Assembly: GCF_000012925.1 (NCBI RefSeq)
Contig: NC_007517.1
Coordinates: forward strand, 1,260,001-1,292,000
Reading direction: 5' to 3'
DNA length: 32,000 nt
From: Geobacter metallireducens GS-15
Lineage (GTDB): Bacteria > Desulfobacterota > Desulfuromonadia > Geobacterales > Geobacteraceae
Positions within the stretch are counted from its first letter, which is position 1; the number at the start of each line of letters is the position of its first letter. The notes beneath the pieces were generated by a model. It searched no databases. It worked only from the letters and a program-made list of their open reading frames with translations, and was not told where the DNA came from. Below are positions 10,978 to 18,893 of the stretch, in pieces. Both the position numbers and the translations under genes were made by a program.

Positions 10978-11706
10978 ATGAAAACTTTCGCCGACAAACT
11001 GAAAACCAGCCCTGGGCCCGTCCGACGGACGCCAGTTTCAGAGGTTTCTCTCTATGGGTCACCAGGTAAGAATCGGCTGGAGGTTCAACAGATTATTCGC
11101 AGCACCAAAATTCAGCCCAGACTGGTGGTCGGTACACCCAACGATGTCTACGAGCGCGAGGCCGACCACGTGGCGGACGCGGTGATGCGGATGCCCGACG
11201 GGACGGTTTTTTCCGGGCTTACCGGCCGCGAGGATGACGCTGTCCAGGCAAAATCTGCCGGTGAGGCCGCACCGATTGCCGGCGAACTCTCCGAGGAGGA
11301 AGAGGAAAAGCTCGTCAGTCTCAAAGCGGACGGTGATGGAGAAGTTCCACTTTCTGGCGAATTGGATGAGCGAATACGTGCCTTGGAGGGGGGCGGGGTT
11401 CCCCTTGGCGAAGGGGAGAGGGCTTTCTTCGAGCCCCGCTTCGGCGCCGATTTCAGCCAGGTGCGGATCCATACGGGTTCAGCGGCCGAAGAGATGGTCC
11501 GGTCGCTGAACGCCCTGGCCTTCACGTTTGGGCAGGACATCGTGTTCGGGGCAGGTCACTATGCACCTGATACCCCAGTGGGCCGGCAGTTGTTGGCCCA
11601 TGAACTGGTTCATACGGTTCAGCAGAACGGGAGAACGGTGATTCAACGGGGCGGCCAGGATGACCAGGAGCCTGAGGGTAGAAGAGATGGAGACTCCGCC
11701 TCCTGA
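10978..11706 (+). CDS. DUF4157 domain-containing protein (eCIS-associated zincin-like domain)
   Basis: I prefer ATG 10978, preceded by AGGGAGG, over the GTG at 10957. PNDVYEREADHVADAVMRMP and FFEPRFGADFSQVRIHTGSAAEEMVRSLNALAFTFGQDIVFGAGHYAPDTPVGRQLLAHELVHTVQQ match the DUF4157 consensus as I know it. HELVH lies at 11599-11613. Confidence 0.8.
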   Translation: MKTFADKLKTSPGPVRRTPVSEVSLYGSPGKNRLEVQQIIRSTKIQPRLVVGTPNDVYEREADHVADAVMRMPDGTVFSGLTGREDDAVQAKSAGEAAPIAGELSEEEEEKLVSLKADGDGEVPLSGELDERIRALEGGGVPLGEGERAFFEPRFGADFSQVRIHTGSAAEEMVRSLNALAFTFGQDIVFGAGHYAPDTPVGRQLLAHELVHTVQQNGRTVIQRGGQDDQEPEGRRDGDSAS

Positions 11707-11712
11707 GTTTAA

Positions 11713-11826
11713 GCCGATGCCTTCACTCCCTGGCGAGGTACGCGAGGCATGAAATTCGGCCGGACCCTGAACCGCCGGGTGGAGCTCTTTCTGGTCCGCA
11801 CCGCAACCGTTCCCTCTTCGCCCTGA
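11713..11826 (+). pseudogene. Possible remnant of an OmpA-like (peptidoglycan-binding) domain C-terminus
   Basis: The translation ADAFTPWRGTRGMKFGRTLNRRVELFLVRTATVPSSP* contains the canonical OmpA_C terminal signature G-R-x-x-N-R-R-V-E-L. It is far too short to be a domain. It lies in the same frame as the DUF4157 ORF, separated from it by TGA-GTT-TAA. Confidence 0.3.
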
Positions 11827-11840
11827 ATCAAGGACGCCCT

Positions 11841-14231
11841 ATGAAAGTCTTTCTCCGAAAACCGAACCGCACCGGTCTGCGAAACCAGCATCCCGCGTCT
11901 GGAGCATCCTTGCCCCAAGGGGCTTCGTCCAAACAGGTGCGGTTGATCCTTCGGGGCGATCTGCGGCAAGGGATGGTCCTGCGGAAAAAGACCGCCGCAA
12001 AAAAGACCGTCTTCTACCAGTTGGTGCTTGACGAGATCGCCGGCGAAGAGAAGAGCGTTTCGGAGTCGGGGGGGATAAACCTCTTTCCCGAGCGCCTCCG
12101 GTTTTTCAATAAACTGAAGGACCTGTGCGAGGCCGTCGACGCGGGCGACGCCAAGGAGATTGCCAGTCAGGTGCCGGAGTTCATCAAGGAAGATCCTCCG
12201 GTCAATGCCCCCTATGTCATTTTCGATACGGTTTTCCGGGAGTTGGTGGCCCGGATGGCCGTGCAGGGACGCCACGGGGAGGCGCTCAAGCTCCAGGAGT
12301 GGTTTCTGGGGCGCAAAAAGAAGGAACAGACATACACCTCGCCGTGGCGAAAATATGCCGAAGAAGCGTATCTGGCGGAAACCGTCGTGGAGCGGGCAAC
12401 GGCATTCCTGGAATCGGCCGGCGCCGATGGGGCCCTCGGGGCGCTGGACGGGTTCATCGAAGCGCTGCGGTGGCTCCGCGACCGGTATGCCGCCCTGGAC
12501 ATGGACGCCGTCAAGGAGGACGCCCGGAACAATGCCGAGATCGCGACTTTCGGAGGGTCCCTCATGCCGAGCATCAGGCATACCCTGTCCGGGTATTACG
12601 GGCAGCTGGTGGAACTGATGAAGGCCGCGGCAACCGGCACCCAGAAGGCCTTCCAGGCCGTCCTCGACCTAGCCGTGGCCGACCTGGAGAAGGGGAAAGG
12701 GGGGCGGCTGGGTGAAGCAAAGGAACGGCTTGCGCGGCTCCAGGGCGTGGTGATGCCTGAGGGAAAAATGGAGGAAGGGAAGAGAATTCCCGGCCTCCGC
12801 GTGGAAGTCACCAAGTCAGTGTTCAGTGAGAAGAAGGGGCGGCACCTCGATATCTTTCTGGAGGGAAAGGCTGCGGAAAAACGGAGCATCGGCATCGAAT
12901 ACTACGAAAGGGAGATGGGGGGGACCTTTGCTGAGGAGAAGGAACTTCCTCTTGGACGCATACTCCAGGTTCGGCGCAAGCAGATCGAAGTGCTGGAGCT
13001 CCTCTACGGCGAGGCCCGCGACAAAACCGGCGCCGTGACGGCCGAGGCGAAGGAGAACCGGGAGCTCATCGAGCAGTCCCTTAAGGGGAGGATGCGGCTC
13101 CACAATAACGACGACTGGCGCACCTTCCTCCTGGCCAAGTTCCGGGCACTGGAGCCACAGGTGGGACGGGAGAAGGCCTTTGCCAAGGTGATCGATCTGC
13201 TGAGGTTCTACCTCCTCGCCTTCACCACCCACACCCCTTACAACATCGAGGATTTCGGCGTCAACTACCTGAACCGCACCTTCCCCCGGGCGCTGACCGG
13301 CCAGCTCATCCACGACTGCGGGGTCTACGCCATCCGGATCGCCTATATCCTTTCCCTGGTCCGCACTGAGCTTGATCTGGAGTTCCGGTTCGTGCGCCTC
13401 CCGCTCCACGTGGGGCTCGTGATTACCGGGACGGGGCTCCCGGCGTATGTGGTCCACAACGACCAGTTCATCCCCGTGAGCCAAGCCGAAATGGCCGATC
13501 TGCGAAAGCAGTGGCGGGAAACCGACGCGATGGGGGACCCGCGCAAGCCCGCCCCCCTTGACGAGCGGCAGTTCCTGGGAGAGGTTTCCGCCTCGCAGTT
13601 CGTCCCCAACGTGGACATCCCGTTCCGTATTATCGACCTTCCACCCCCCAAGGGGAAGCCCGCGGAGATAAAGGATCAGCTCTGGAAGCTCTACACCAGG
13701 CGAGTCGCCCCCGCCGAACTCTTCAGCGCCGCCATCGGCAACCCCGGCTCCCCCCACTACCAGTTCGATCTCAAGTATCTGGAACTCCTCAAAATGTATA
13801 AAGAATGGTTCAATGAAACCTATGTGCCGTTCTGGAACGCGGAGGGGCGCGGCATCTGGCTTAAGCACCGGGATGCGATCCGCAAGGCCCATGCCCGCCT
13901 CCAGGCTGCCGCCGGCGGGACGGGGCAGGCCGAAGCCGAGAACGAGTACCAGAAAACGATCGCTCCCTACCGGCAGGCCCTGGACGTCGCGTTTCAGAAG
14001 GTCGAGAATGGGCGGGGAAAGCTTATTGTCTTGCAGGTGGAGATTTCCACGTATTTGGCTGAGCATCCTGAAGTGCTCGCGAAGGGAGCACGGGTAAGTC
14101 CTTACCAGCGGCTCGATCTGGGTGGATGGGTAACGGCGTGGTTCTGGCGCTATCTCAGTGAACTTCTCAACGGGGCTGCCGTGGAACCACCCTTTGCCCC
14201 GGAGGATAGCTTCCTATGGCCCATTGACTGA
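11841..14231 (+). CDS. Hypothetical 796-aa protein; candidate eCIS cargo with a papain/transglutaminase-like Cys-His-Asp arrangement
   Basis: AAGGA lies 6 nt upstream of the ATG, and coding periodicity is clear throughout. The N-terminal ~480 aa are rich in E/K/A/L (helical). The C-terminal region has LIHDCGVYAIRIAY (Cys493, 13317-13319), LPLHVGLVI (His523, 13407-13409) and VVHNDQ (Asp541, 13461-13463). I recognise no family. Confidence 0.7.
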   Translation: MKVFLRKPNRTGLRNQHPASGASLPQGASSKQVRLILRGDLRQGMVLRKKTAAKKTVFYQLVLDEIAGEEKSVSESGGINLFPERLRFFNKLKDLCEAVDAGDAKEIASQVPEFIKEDPPVNAPYVIFDTVFRELVARMAVQGRHGEALKLQEWFLGRKKKEQTYTSPWRKYAEEAYLAETVVERATAFLESAGADGALGALDGFIEALRWLRDRYAALDMDAVKEDARNNAEIATFGGSLMPSIRHTLSGYYGQLVELMKAAATGTQKAFQAVLDLAVADLEKGKGGRLGEAKERLARLQGVVMPEGKMEEGKRIPGLRVEVTKSVFSEKKGRHLDIFLEGKAAEKRSIGIEYYEREMGGTFAEEKELPLGRILQVRRKQIEVLELLYGEARDKTGAVTAEAKENRELIEQSLKGRMRLHNNDDWRTFLLAKFRALEPQVGREKAFAKVIDLLRFYLLAFTTHTPYNIEDFGVNYLNRTFPRALTGQLIHDCGVYAIRIAYILSLVRTELDLEFRFVRLPLHVGLVITGTGLPAYVVHNDQFIPVSQAEMADLRKQWRETDAMGDPRKPAPLDERQFLGEVSASQFVPNVDIPFRIIDLPPPKGKPAEIKDQLWKLYTRRVAPAELFSAAIGNPGSPHYQFDLKYLELLKMYKEWFNETYVPFWNAEGRGIWLKHRDAIRKAHARLQAAAGGTGQAEAENEYQKTIAPYRQALDVAFQKVENGRGKLIVLQVEISTYLAEHPEVLAKGARVSPYQRLDLGGWVTAWFWRYLSELLNGAAVEPPFAPEDSFLWPID

Positions 14232-14294
14232 TCTCTCCATCGGGTCTGGCATCGGCATGGCCCCCCTTCCTTGAGGCGGCGACCCCGATTCCTC

Positions 14295-15650
14295 CTAAAG
14301 TTCCTTTGCAACCTCACGGGCAGCGATTACGACCGGGTCCCAGACCGGTGAGAACGGGGGGGCATAGCCCAGGTCCAGGTTGATCATCTCCTCCACCGTA
14401 AAACCGGCATGAAGGGCGGTCGCCAGGGTATCTATCCGCTTGGCCGAGCCTTCCATCCCGACGATCTGCCCTCCCAGCAGGCGGCCGCTCCCCCGTTCCG
14501 CCAACACCTTTACGGTTATTCCCCCTGCGCCGGGAAAGTAGCCGGCCCTGGTGCGGCTCTTAATGACGGCGCTGATCCACTCAATCCCCAGTTCCCTGAG
14601 TTCCTCTTCCTGGAGGCCGGTCCGTGCGACCTCCACCTGGCATATTTTTGTGACCGCTGTCCCCACGACCCCGGGAAACGTGGCATAGCCGCCCCCCAGG
14701 TTGATCCCCGCGACCCTTCCGTGCCGGTTGGCGACGGTGCCGAGGGCGATATGGACGGGTTTGCGGCTCACCAGATGGAACGATTCGGCGCAATCCCCTG
14801 CCGCCCAGATACCGGCAACGCCGGTCTGCATCCGTTCGTTCACCCTGATCGACCCCTTCTCCCCGAGGGGGATGCCGGCAGCCGAGGCAAGGGCCGTGTT
14901 AGGGCGCACCCCCAGGCCGAGGATCACGATGTCAGCCGGCAGGGTGCGCCTGTCCGTGACCACCCCGGTCACTTTCCCCCCCTTTGTCTCGAACGCGGTG
15001 AGAGTCTCCTCCAGATAAAGGCTGACCCCCACATCGCGCAGGGCCTGTGAGACCATGGCCCCCATGTCGTAGTCGAGGGTTCCCATGACCTGCGGTGCCC
15101 TGTTGACGAGGGAAACCTCAAGGCCATGCCGTACCAACGCTTCCGCCATCTCCAGGCCGATGTACCCGCCCCCGACGACAACTCCCTTTTTCATCCCCCC
15201 CTTGTCGAGACGCCTGCGGATCTCCAGGCCACTTTCAAGGGTGTTCACCCCGCAGATGTCAACGGCATCGGAGCCGGGAAGGTCCGGGCAGAGGGGGACC
15301 GCGCCGGTGGCGATCAGAAGCTGGTCGTAGGACTCCCACGCCGACCCGCCGCGCTGCAGATCGCGCACCCGCACCTTTCCCTGTGCCGCGTCGATTTCCA
15401 CTACCTCATGCAGGGCCCTTGCATCGATTCCATATTTCTCCCGGAACTTTTCCGGGGAACGGATAACGAGCTTTTCTTCCTTGTCGACAACCCGGCCGAC
15501 GTAGTAGGGAATCCCTCACGCGGAAAAGGACGTGTGGGGGCTTCGCTCGAAAACGACGATCTCCAGTTCGGGCCGGCGGCGCTTCGCCTGGGATGCGGCG
15601 CTCATCCCCGCGGCATCTCCGCCGATGACAACGAGTTTTTCCTTGGCCAT
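14295..15650 (-). CDS. Pyridine nucleotide-disulfide oxidoreductase (CoA-disulfide reductase / NADH oxidase family) with in-frame UGA; predicted selenoprotein
   Basis: ORFs 15516..15716 and 14295..15401 share one frame and are separated only by the TGA at 15516-15518. Read-through gives 451 aa: MAKEKLVVIGGDAAGMSAA (FAD Rossmann) .. ERSPHTSFSA-[UGA]-GIPYYVGRVV .. VVVGGGYIGLEMAEAL (NAD(P)H Rossmann). The UGA replaces the single redox-active Cys of this family. GGAGAGGA lies upstream of ATG 15650. Confidence 0.8.
15483..15518 (-). promoter_or_regulatory. UGA codon plus candidate bacterial SECIS hairpin
   Basis: On the mRNA: UGA, then 15 nt, then GUCGGC-CGGGUU-GUCGAC (plus-strand coordinates 15483-15500). 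This gives a 6-bp stem (one G-U pair) and a 6-nt loop containing GGU, about 21 nt after the UGA. That is within the usual UGA-to-loop distance for bacterial SECIS elements. Confidence 0.5.
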
Positions 15651-15806
15651 GATTCGTATCCTCTCCAGATCAATACAGTTTGATGGCAAGACCTGTGTGG
15701 AACTGAAATTGATCAATCCCTATGAAATGGGAAACTGCAGTCATGCGGCATGCCCCATGTCCCCGTCAAAACCGGTCTTGCTTAGCGGGGCGGTTCAGGG
15801 CTGTGC

Positions 15807-16094
15807 TCACGTAACCTTTTTGATAGCGTCGCACAAAATGGATTTGACCTCGCCCCAGATCTGCTCCGTTCCCGTTTTGAGGTCTTCCCACTCATCATCG
15901 GTGGCGGCAGATATACCCTGCAGTTTTTCCGCGGCTTCATCCCGCTTGAGCTGCAATGCCGTGATCGTGTTGTGATAGTCAAACCTCTCCTCGGGCGTGG
16001 CACTTTCCGCCTTGTCCTTGAGCCGATCGATCTGTGCATCCCATTCGACGATTTGTGCCGAGAGTTTTTCCACGTACTCTTTTCGCTCGTCCAT
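15807..16094 (-). CDS. Small acidic coiled-coil protein, function unknown
   Basis: 95 aa from ATG 16094, with a strong GGAGGG upstream. The longer listed ORF from 16244 has no SD sequence. The sequence MDERKEYVEKLSAQIVEWDAQIDRLKDKAE.. has a heptad-like helical character. Confidence 0.55.
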   Translation of the reverse strand: MDERKEYVEKLSAQIVEWDAQIDRLKDKAESATPEERFDYHNTITALQLKRDEAAEKLQGISAATDDEWEDLKTGTEQIWGEVKSILCDAIKKVT

Positions 16095-16378
16095 GACAGC
16101 ACCCTCCGCATCAGTCTGAAAGCCGACTTCATACCGGCGCGTTAGCCATTTGGGACCAGACTCTGCCGCGTATGGCGGGAACACTCCCGCATTACGTCCA
16201 TGTACCAGAGATTCTACCAGCTGTATTGAGTAATTCCACTGCATTACTGGAAAGGTCTAAGCTATCGCGTTCGCGTGGATGTTGGCCGGCTCCTTGTAAT
16301 CCTCAGATGAGCAAAGGTCTTCTCAAGTGTCCCAAGCTCGACCAGTAAATCTTGAAGTTTCCGGTGGGGTCTGACCAC

Positions 16379-16410
16379 AAAAAACTCCCTTCCGGTGTAC
16401 CAGAAGAGAG
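16379..16410 (-). terminator. Rho-independent terminator downstream of tRNA-Sec
   Basis: Minus strand: CUCUCUUCUGG-UACA-CCGGAAGGGAG forms an 11-bp stem (two G-U pairs), followed by UUUUUU. Confidence 0.6.
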
Positions 16411-16463
16411 TCTGTGAGTGAAAAGGTCTTTTAAGTTCAGTTTTTCAAGACCTTATGTTTGAC

Positions 16464-16561
16464 TGGCGGAAGCACATGGGAATCGAACCCACCGAGGAGA
16501 TTTCTCATCCCCCCCACCAGTTTTGAAGACTGGGCCGCCCACCAGCGACGGACGTGCTTCC
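16464..16561 (-). tRNA. selC: tRNA-Sec (anticodon UCA)
   Basis: Minus strand: GGAAGCAC-G-UCCGUCGCUGGUGGGCGGCC-CAGU CUUCAAA ACUGG-long variable arm (UGGGGGGGAUGAGAAAUCUCCUCGGU)-GGGUUCGAUUCCCA-UGUGCUUCC-G-CCA. It has an 8-bp acceptor stem, a UCA anticodon in a 7-nt loop, a long extra arm and an encoded CCA. It closely parallels E. coli selC. Confidence 0.9.
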
Positions 16562-16758
16562 ATAAGCGTTATCGTTACTGCCAAAATAGGATATTTCATC
16601 TTGCAAGACAACCCCCAAATTATTGTCGACATAACATCCTTACCTGAACATCCGGCCCTATCGGCACAGATGTAACTTGATGAATATGGTATTAAATGGT
16701 ATCAATTTGCCTGAAGGATATGGTTGCGAAATTACCCAGAAATTCTTTCGGAGGATCT

Positions 16759-17562
16759 ATGCGACTTCAACTGTTACGATTCGTGGGGGCACTTTCCCTG
16801 ACAGCGTGCCTCGCTGCACCGACTGCCTTTGCGGCGCCGAAAGAACAAGCCAAGGGGGAAACCCCTGAGGCGGCCGTAAAACGGCTCTTTCCGAAGCTTC
16901 CCGCCACCGCGGTGAAAAAAACCGATATCGACGGGTTCTATGAGGTTGTGGCTGACGGGAATATTCTCTATGTCAACGTGAAGACCGGTCACGTGTTTGT
17001 GGGTGACATTTTTACGCGGGAGGGGAAAAACCTGACGGCCGAGGCTCGCACCCGCCTCACTGCCGAGCGCTATAAGCTCATTACCGAGGCCGACAAAGAG
17101 AAGGCGGTGAAGGTGGGGAACGGCAAGCATGTGGTCATCGAGATCACCGACCCCGACTGCCCCTTCTGCCGCAAGATGCATGAGTACTGGGGAAACCGTC
17201 CCGATGTGACGCGTTATGTTTTCTTCCTCCCCCTTGCGATGCATAAGGATGCTGAAAAGAAGGCCCGCTATATCCTGGCGGCCGACAATAAGGAACAAGC
17301 CCTCTGGGAGGTCTATTCGGGGGAACTCGACAATAACCGCGAGAAGCTGAACAAGCCCTATGACGACAAGGGGTTGCTCTCCGCGCACAAGGCGGTGGTG
17401 GCAAAGCTCGGCATCCAGTCGACCCCTGCCTTCTGGGTAGACGGTACTTTTGTGAATGGCGCGAATATCCCGCTTATCGAAAAGATCATCGGCAAGTGCA
17501 ACCTCCGGCAAGGAACTGCTCCAGGTGAGCCGAAGGTGTGCGATGATGAGCAGGGGAAGTGA
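16759..17562 (+). CDS. DsbC/DsbG-family periplasmic thiol:disulfide interchange protein
   Basis: ATG 16759 is preceded by GGAGGA. It has a signal peptide (MRLQLLRFVGALSLTACLAAPTAFA), a DsbC_N-like segment (IDGFYEVVADGNILYVNVKTGHVFVGDIF) and a thioredoxin-fold CxxC (DPDCPFCRKMH). Confidence 0.8.
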   Translation: MRLQLLRFVGALSLTACLAAPTAFAAPKEQAKGETPEAAVKRLFPKLPATAVKKTDIDGFYEVVADGNILYVNVKTGHVFVGDIFTREGKNLTAEARTRLTAERYKLITEADKEKAVKVGNGKHVVIEITDPDCPFCRKMHEYWGNRPDVTRYVFFLPLAMHKDAEKKARYILAADNKEQALWEVYSGELDNNREKLNKPYDDKGLLSAHKAVVAKLGIQSTPAFWVDGTFVNGANIPLIEKIIGKCNLRQGTAPGEPKVCDDEQGK

Positions 17563-17584
17563 CCGGGGAGCAGGTTAACCATCA

Positions 17585-18307
17585 GTGATCCCGATAAAGG
17601 ACTATAATCCGACGCGACGCTTTCCCTTGGTGAGCGTCGCTTTTATCGTTCTGAATGTCATCGTTTTCATCCTTGACCGCATTTCCGGTCATTACGAGCC
17701 TCTGATCATTGAAACCTCACGGGGGCTGATCAGGACGAGGCAGTTTGTCGGCGGGCTCTCCGCCGACTTTGCCCTCGTTCCGGCGGCCCTCACCTCCCAC
17801 CCCCTCCTTGCCTGGCCCACCGTGTTCAGCTCCATGTTCCTCCACGGCAACTGGCTTCACATCGGCTCAAATATGCTTTACCTCTGGATCTTCGGCAACA
17901 ATGTTGAAGACGTTCTGGGACGTGGACGGTTTATCCTCTTTTATTTCACCTGCGGAGCGGTAGCTGCCCTGGCACAGGTCATGAGCGCGCCTGGCTCGGA
18001 TATTCCGATGGTGGGGGCGAGCGGCGCCGTGGCAGGGGTCATGGGGGCCTATCTTCTCCTCTTTCCCAAGGCGCGGATTCTGACCCTGGTGCCGATCCTG
18101 TTCTTTTTTACGTTCCTGGAAGTGCCGGCGTTCATCATTATCGGTTACTGGGTGCTTATCCAGTTTCTGAATGCCACCTGGCTGGGGGGAGGGGAGTTGC
18201 TGCGGGGAGGGGTCGCCTATTTTGCCCACATCGGCGGGTTCGTGGCCGGCGTGACCTTTGTCTTGCTTGCGAGGATGGGAAGGCGCGGTGGCTATGGCCG
18301 TCTTTAG
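17585..18307 (+). CDS. Rhomboid family intramembrane serine protease
   Basis: GTG start. It is a multi-TM protein with HGNWLHIGSNMLYLWIFG, the catalytic GASGAVAGVMGAY motif and HIGGFVAG. Confidence 0.85.
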   Translation: MIPIKDYNPTRRFPLVSVAFIVLNVIVFILDRISGHYEPLIIETSRGLIRTRQFVGGLSADFALVPAALTSHPLLAWPTVFSSMFLHGNWLHIGSNMLYLWIFGNNVEDVLGRGRFILFYFTCGAVAALAQVMSAPGSDIPMVGASGAVAGVMGAYLLLFPKARILTLVPILFFFTFLEVPAFIIIGYWVLIQFLNATWLGGGELLRGGVAYFAHIGGFVAGVTFVLLARMGRRGGYGRL

Positions 18308-18312
18308 GGCGA

Positions 18313-18813
18313 TTACGGTGTCGCCTCGAAACTGTTGAAACGAAGAGAGCCAGCCATCCCCTCCTCGGCGAGGCGGTAGCGGTAGGTGAACCTGATCCTT
18401 TTCGGAACCTCTCCTTCCTTTAGGGGAATCCGGATGGTGAAGGGGGCGATTTCATCCAGGGAGAACTGGTGCGGAAAGAAAAGGAACGTGCCTTCGCCGA
18501 TGATTTTCCCGTTGGCGTCAAGAAGCGTCGCCGTGATTTCCGGATCGCTCAGGTAGTAGTAACTCTGATTTTTCAGGGTGCCGTCGATGGTGACGCTTCC
18601 CCTGTTGCCGGTCGTCTCCCAGGAGACCAGAAGATCGTAGAATGAGTGACTGTGGGGATACGGGCGGGTGGCCATCATTGACCGATCACCGGCAGCGCAC
18701 CCGGCCACGAGGACGAACAACGCCGTTAGGGCAATGAGGCGAAATTCCAAGGAGGCACCTCTTTTGATGCTGAACTGTCCCTGCGCGTTTTGGAGCGCGG
18801 GGTGCGGTTTCAC
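18313..18813 (-). CDS. Hypothetical lipoprotein
   Basis: 166-aa ORF with a lipobox LVAG-C after a hydrophobic segment. The start (GTG 18813) is uncertain. I recognise no family. Confidence 0.5.
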   Translation of the reverse strand: MKPHPALQNAQGQFSIKRGASLEFRLIALTALFVLVAGCAAGDRSMMATRPYPHSHSFYDLLVSWETTGNRGSVTIDGTLKNQSYYYLSDPEITATLLDANGKIIGEGTFLFFPHQFSLDEIAPFTIRIPLKEGEVPKRIRFTYRYRLAEEGMAGSLRFNSFEATP

Positions 18814-18893
18814 TATGCCAAAATTATGCTACTATTCAACTATTTAATTGTGCGCTGGTCCCGTGCTGTGCACTTGCCCTGTGGAGGTACTGT

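Noticed and set aside
12816-14066. A 416-aa minus-strand ORF antisense to the 796-aa orphan.
   Set aside because: The plus-strand ORF has a good SD sequence, spans the whole interval and shows clear codon periodicity. The antisense frame shows the usual G/P/E/L-rich shadow pattern.
14232-16561. The eCIS block as a selC-integrated genomic island.
   Set aside because: The block ends 2.2 kb from selC, with two apparently native genes in between. I found no integrase and no direct repeat of the tRNA 3' end near 14232-14294. I kept it only as a low-interest context note.
16459-16647. A 62-aa plus-strand ORF.
   Set aside because: It overlaps the tRNA-Sec gene on the opposite strand and has no coding features.
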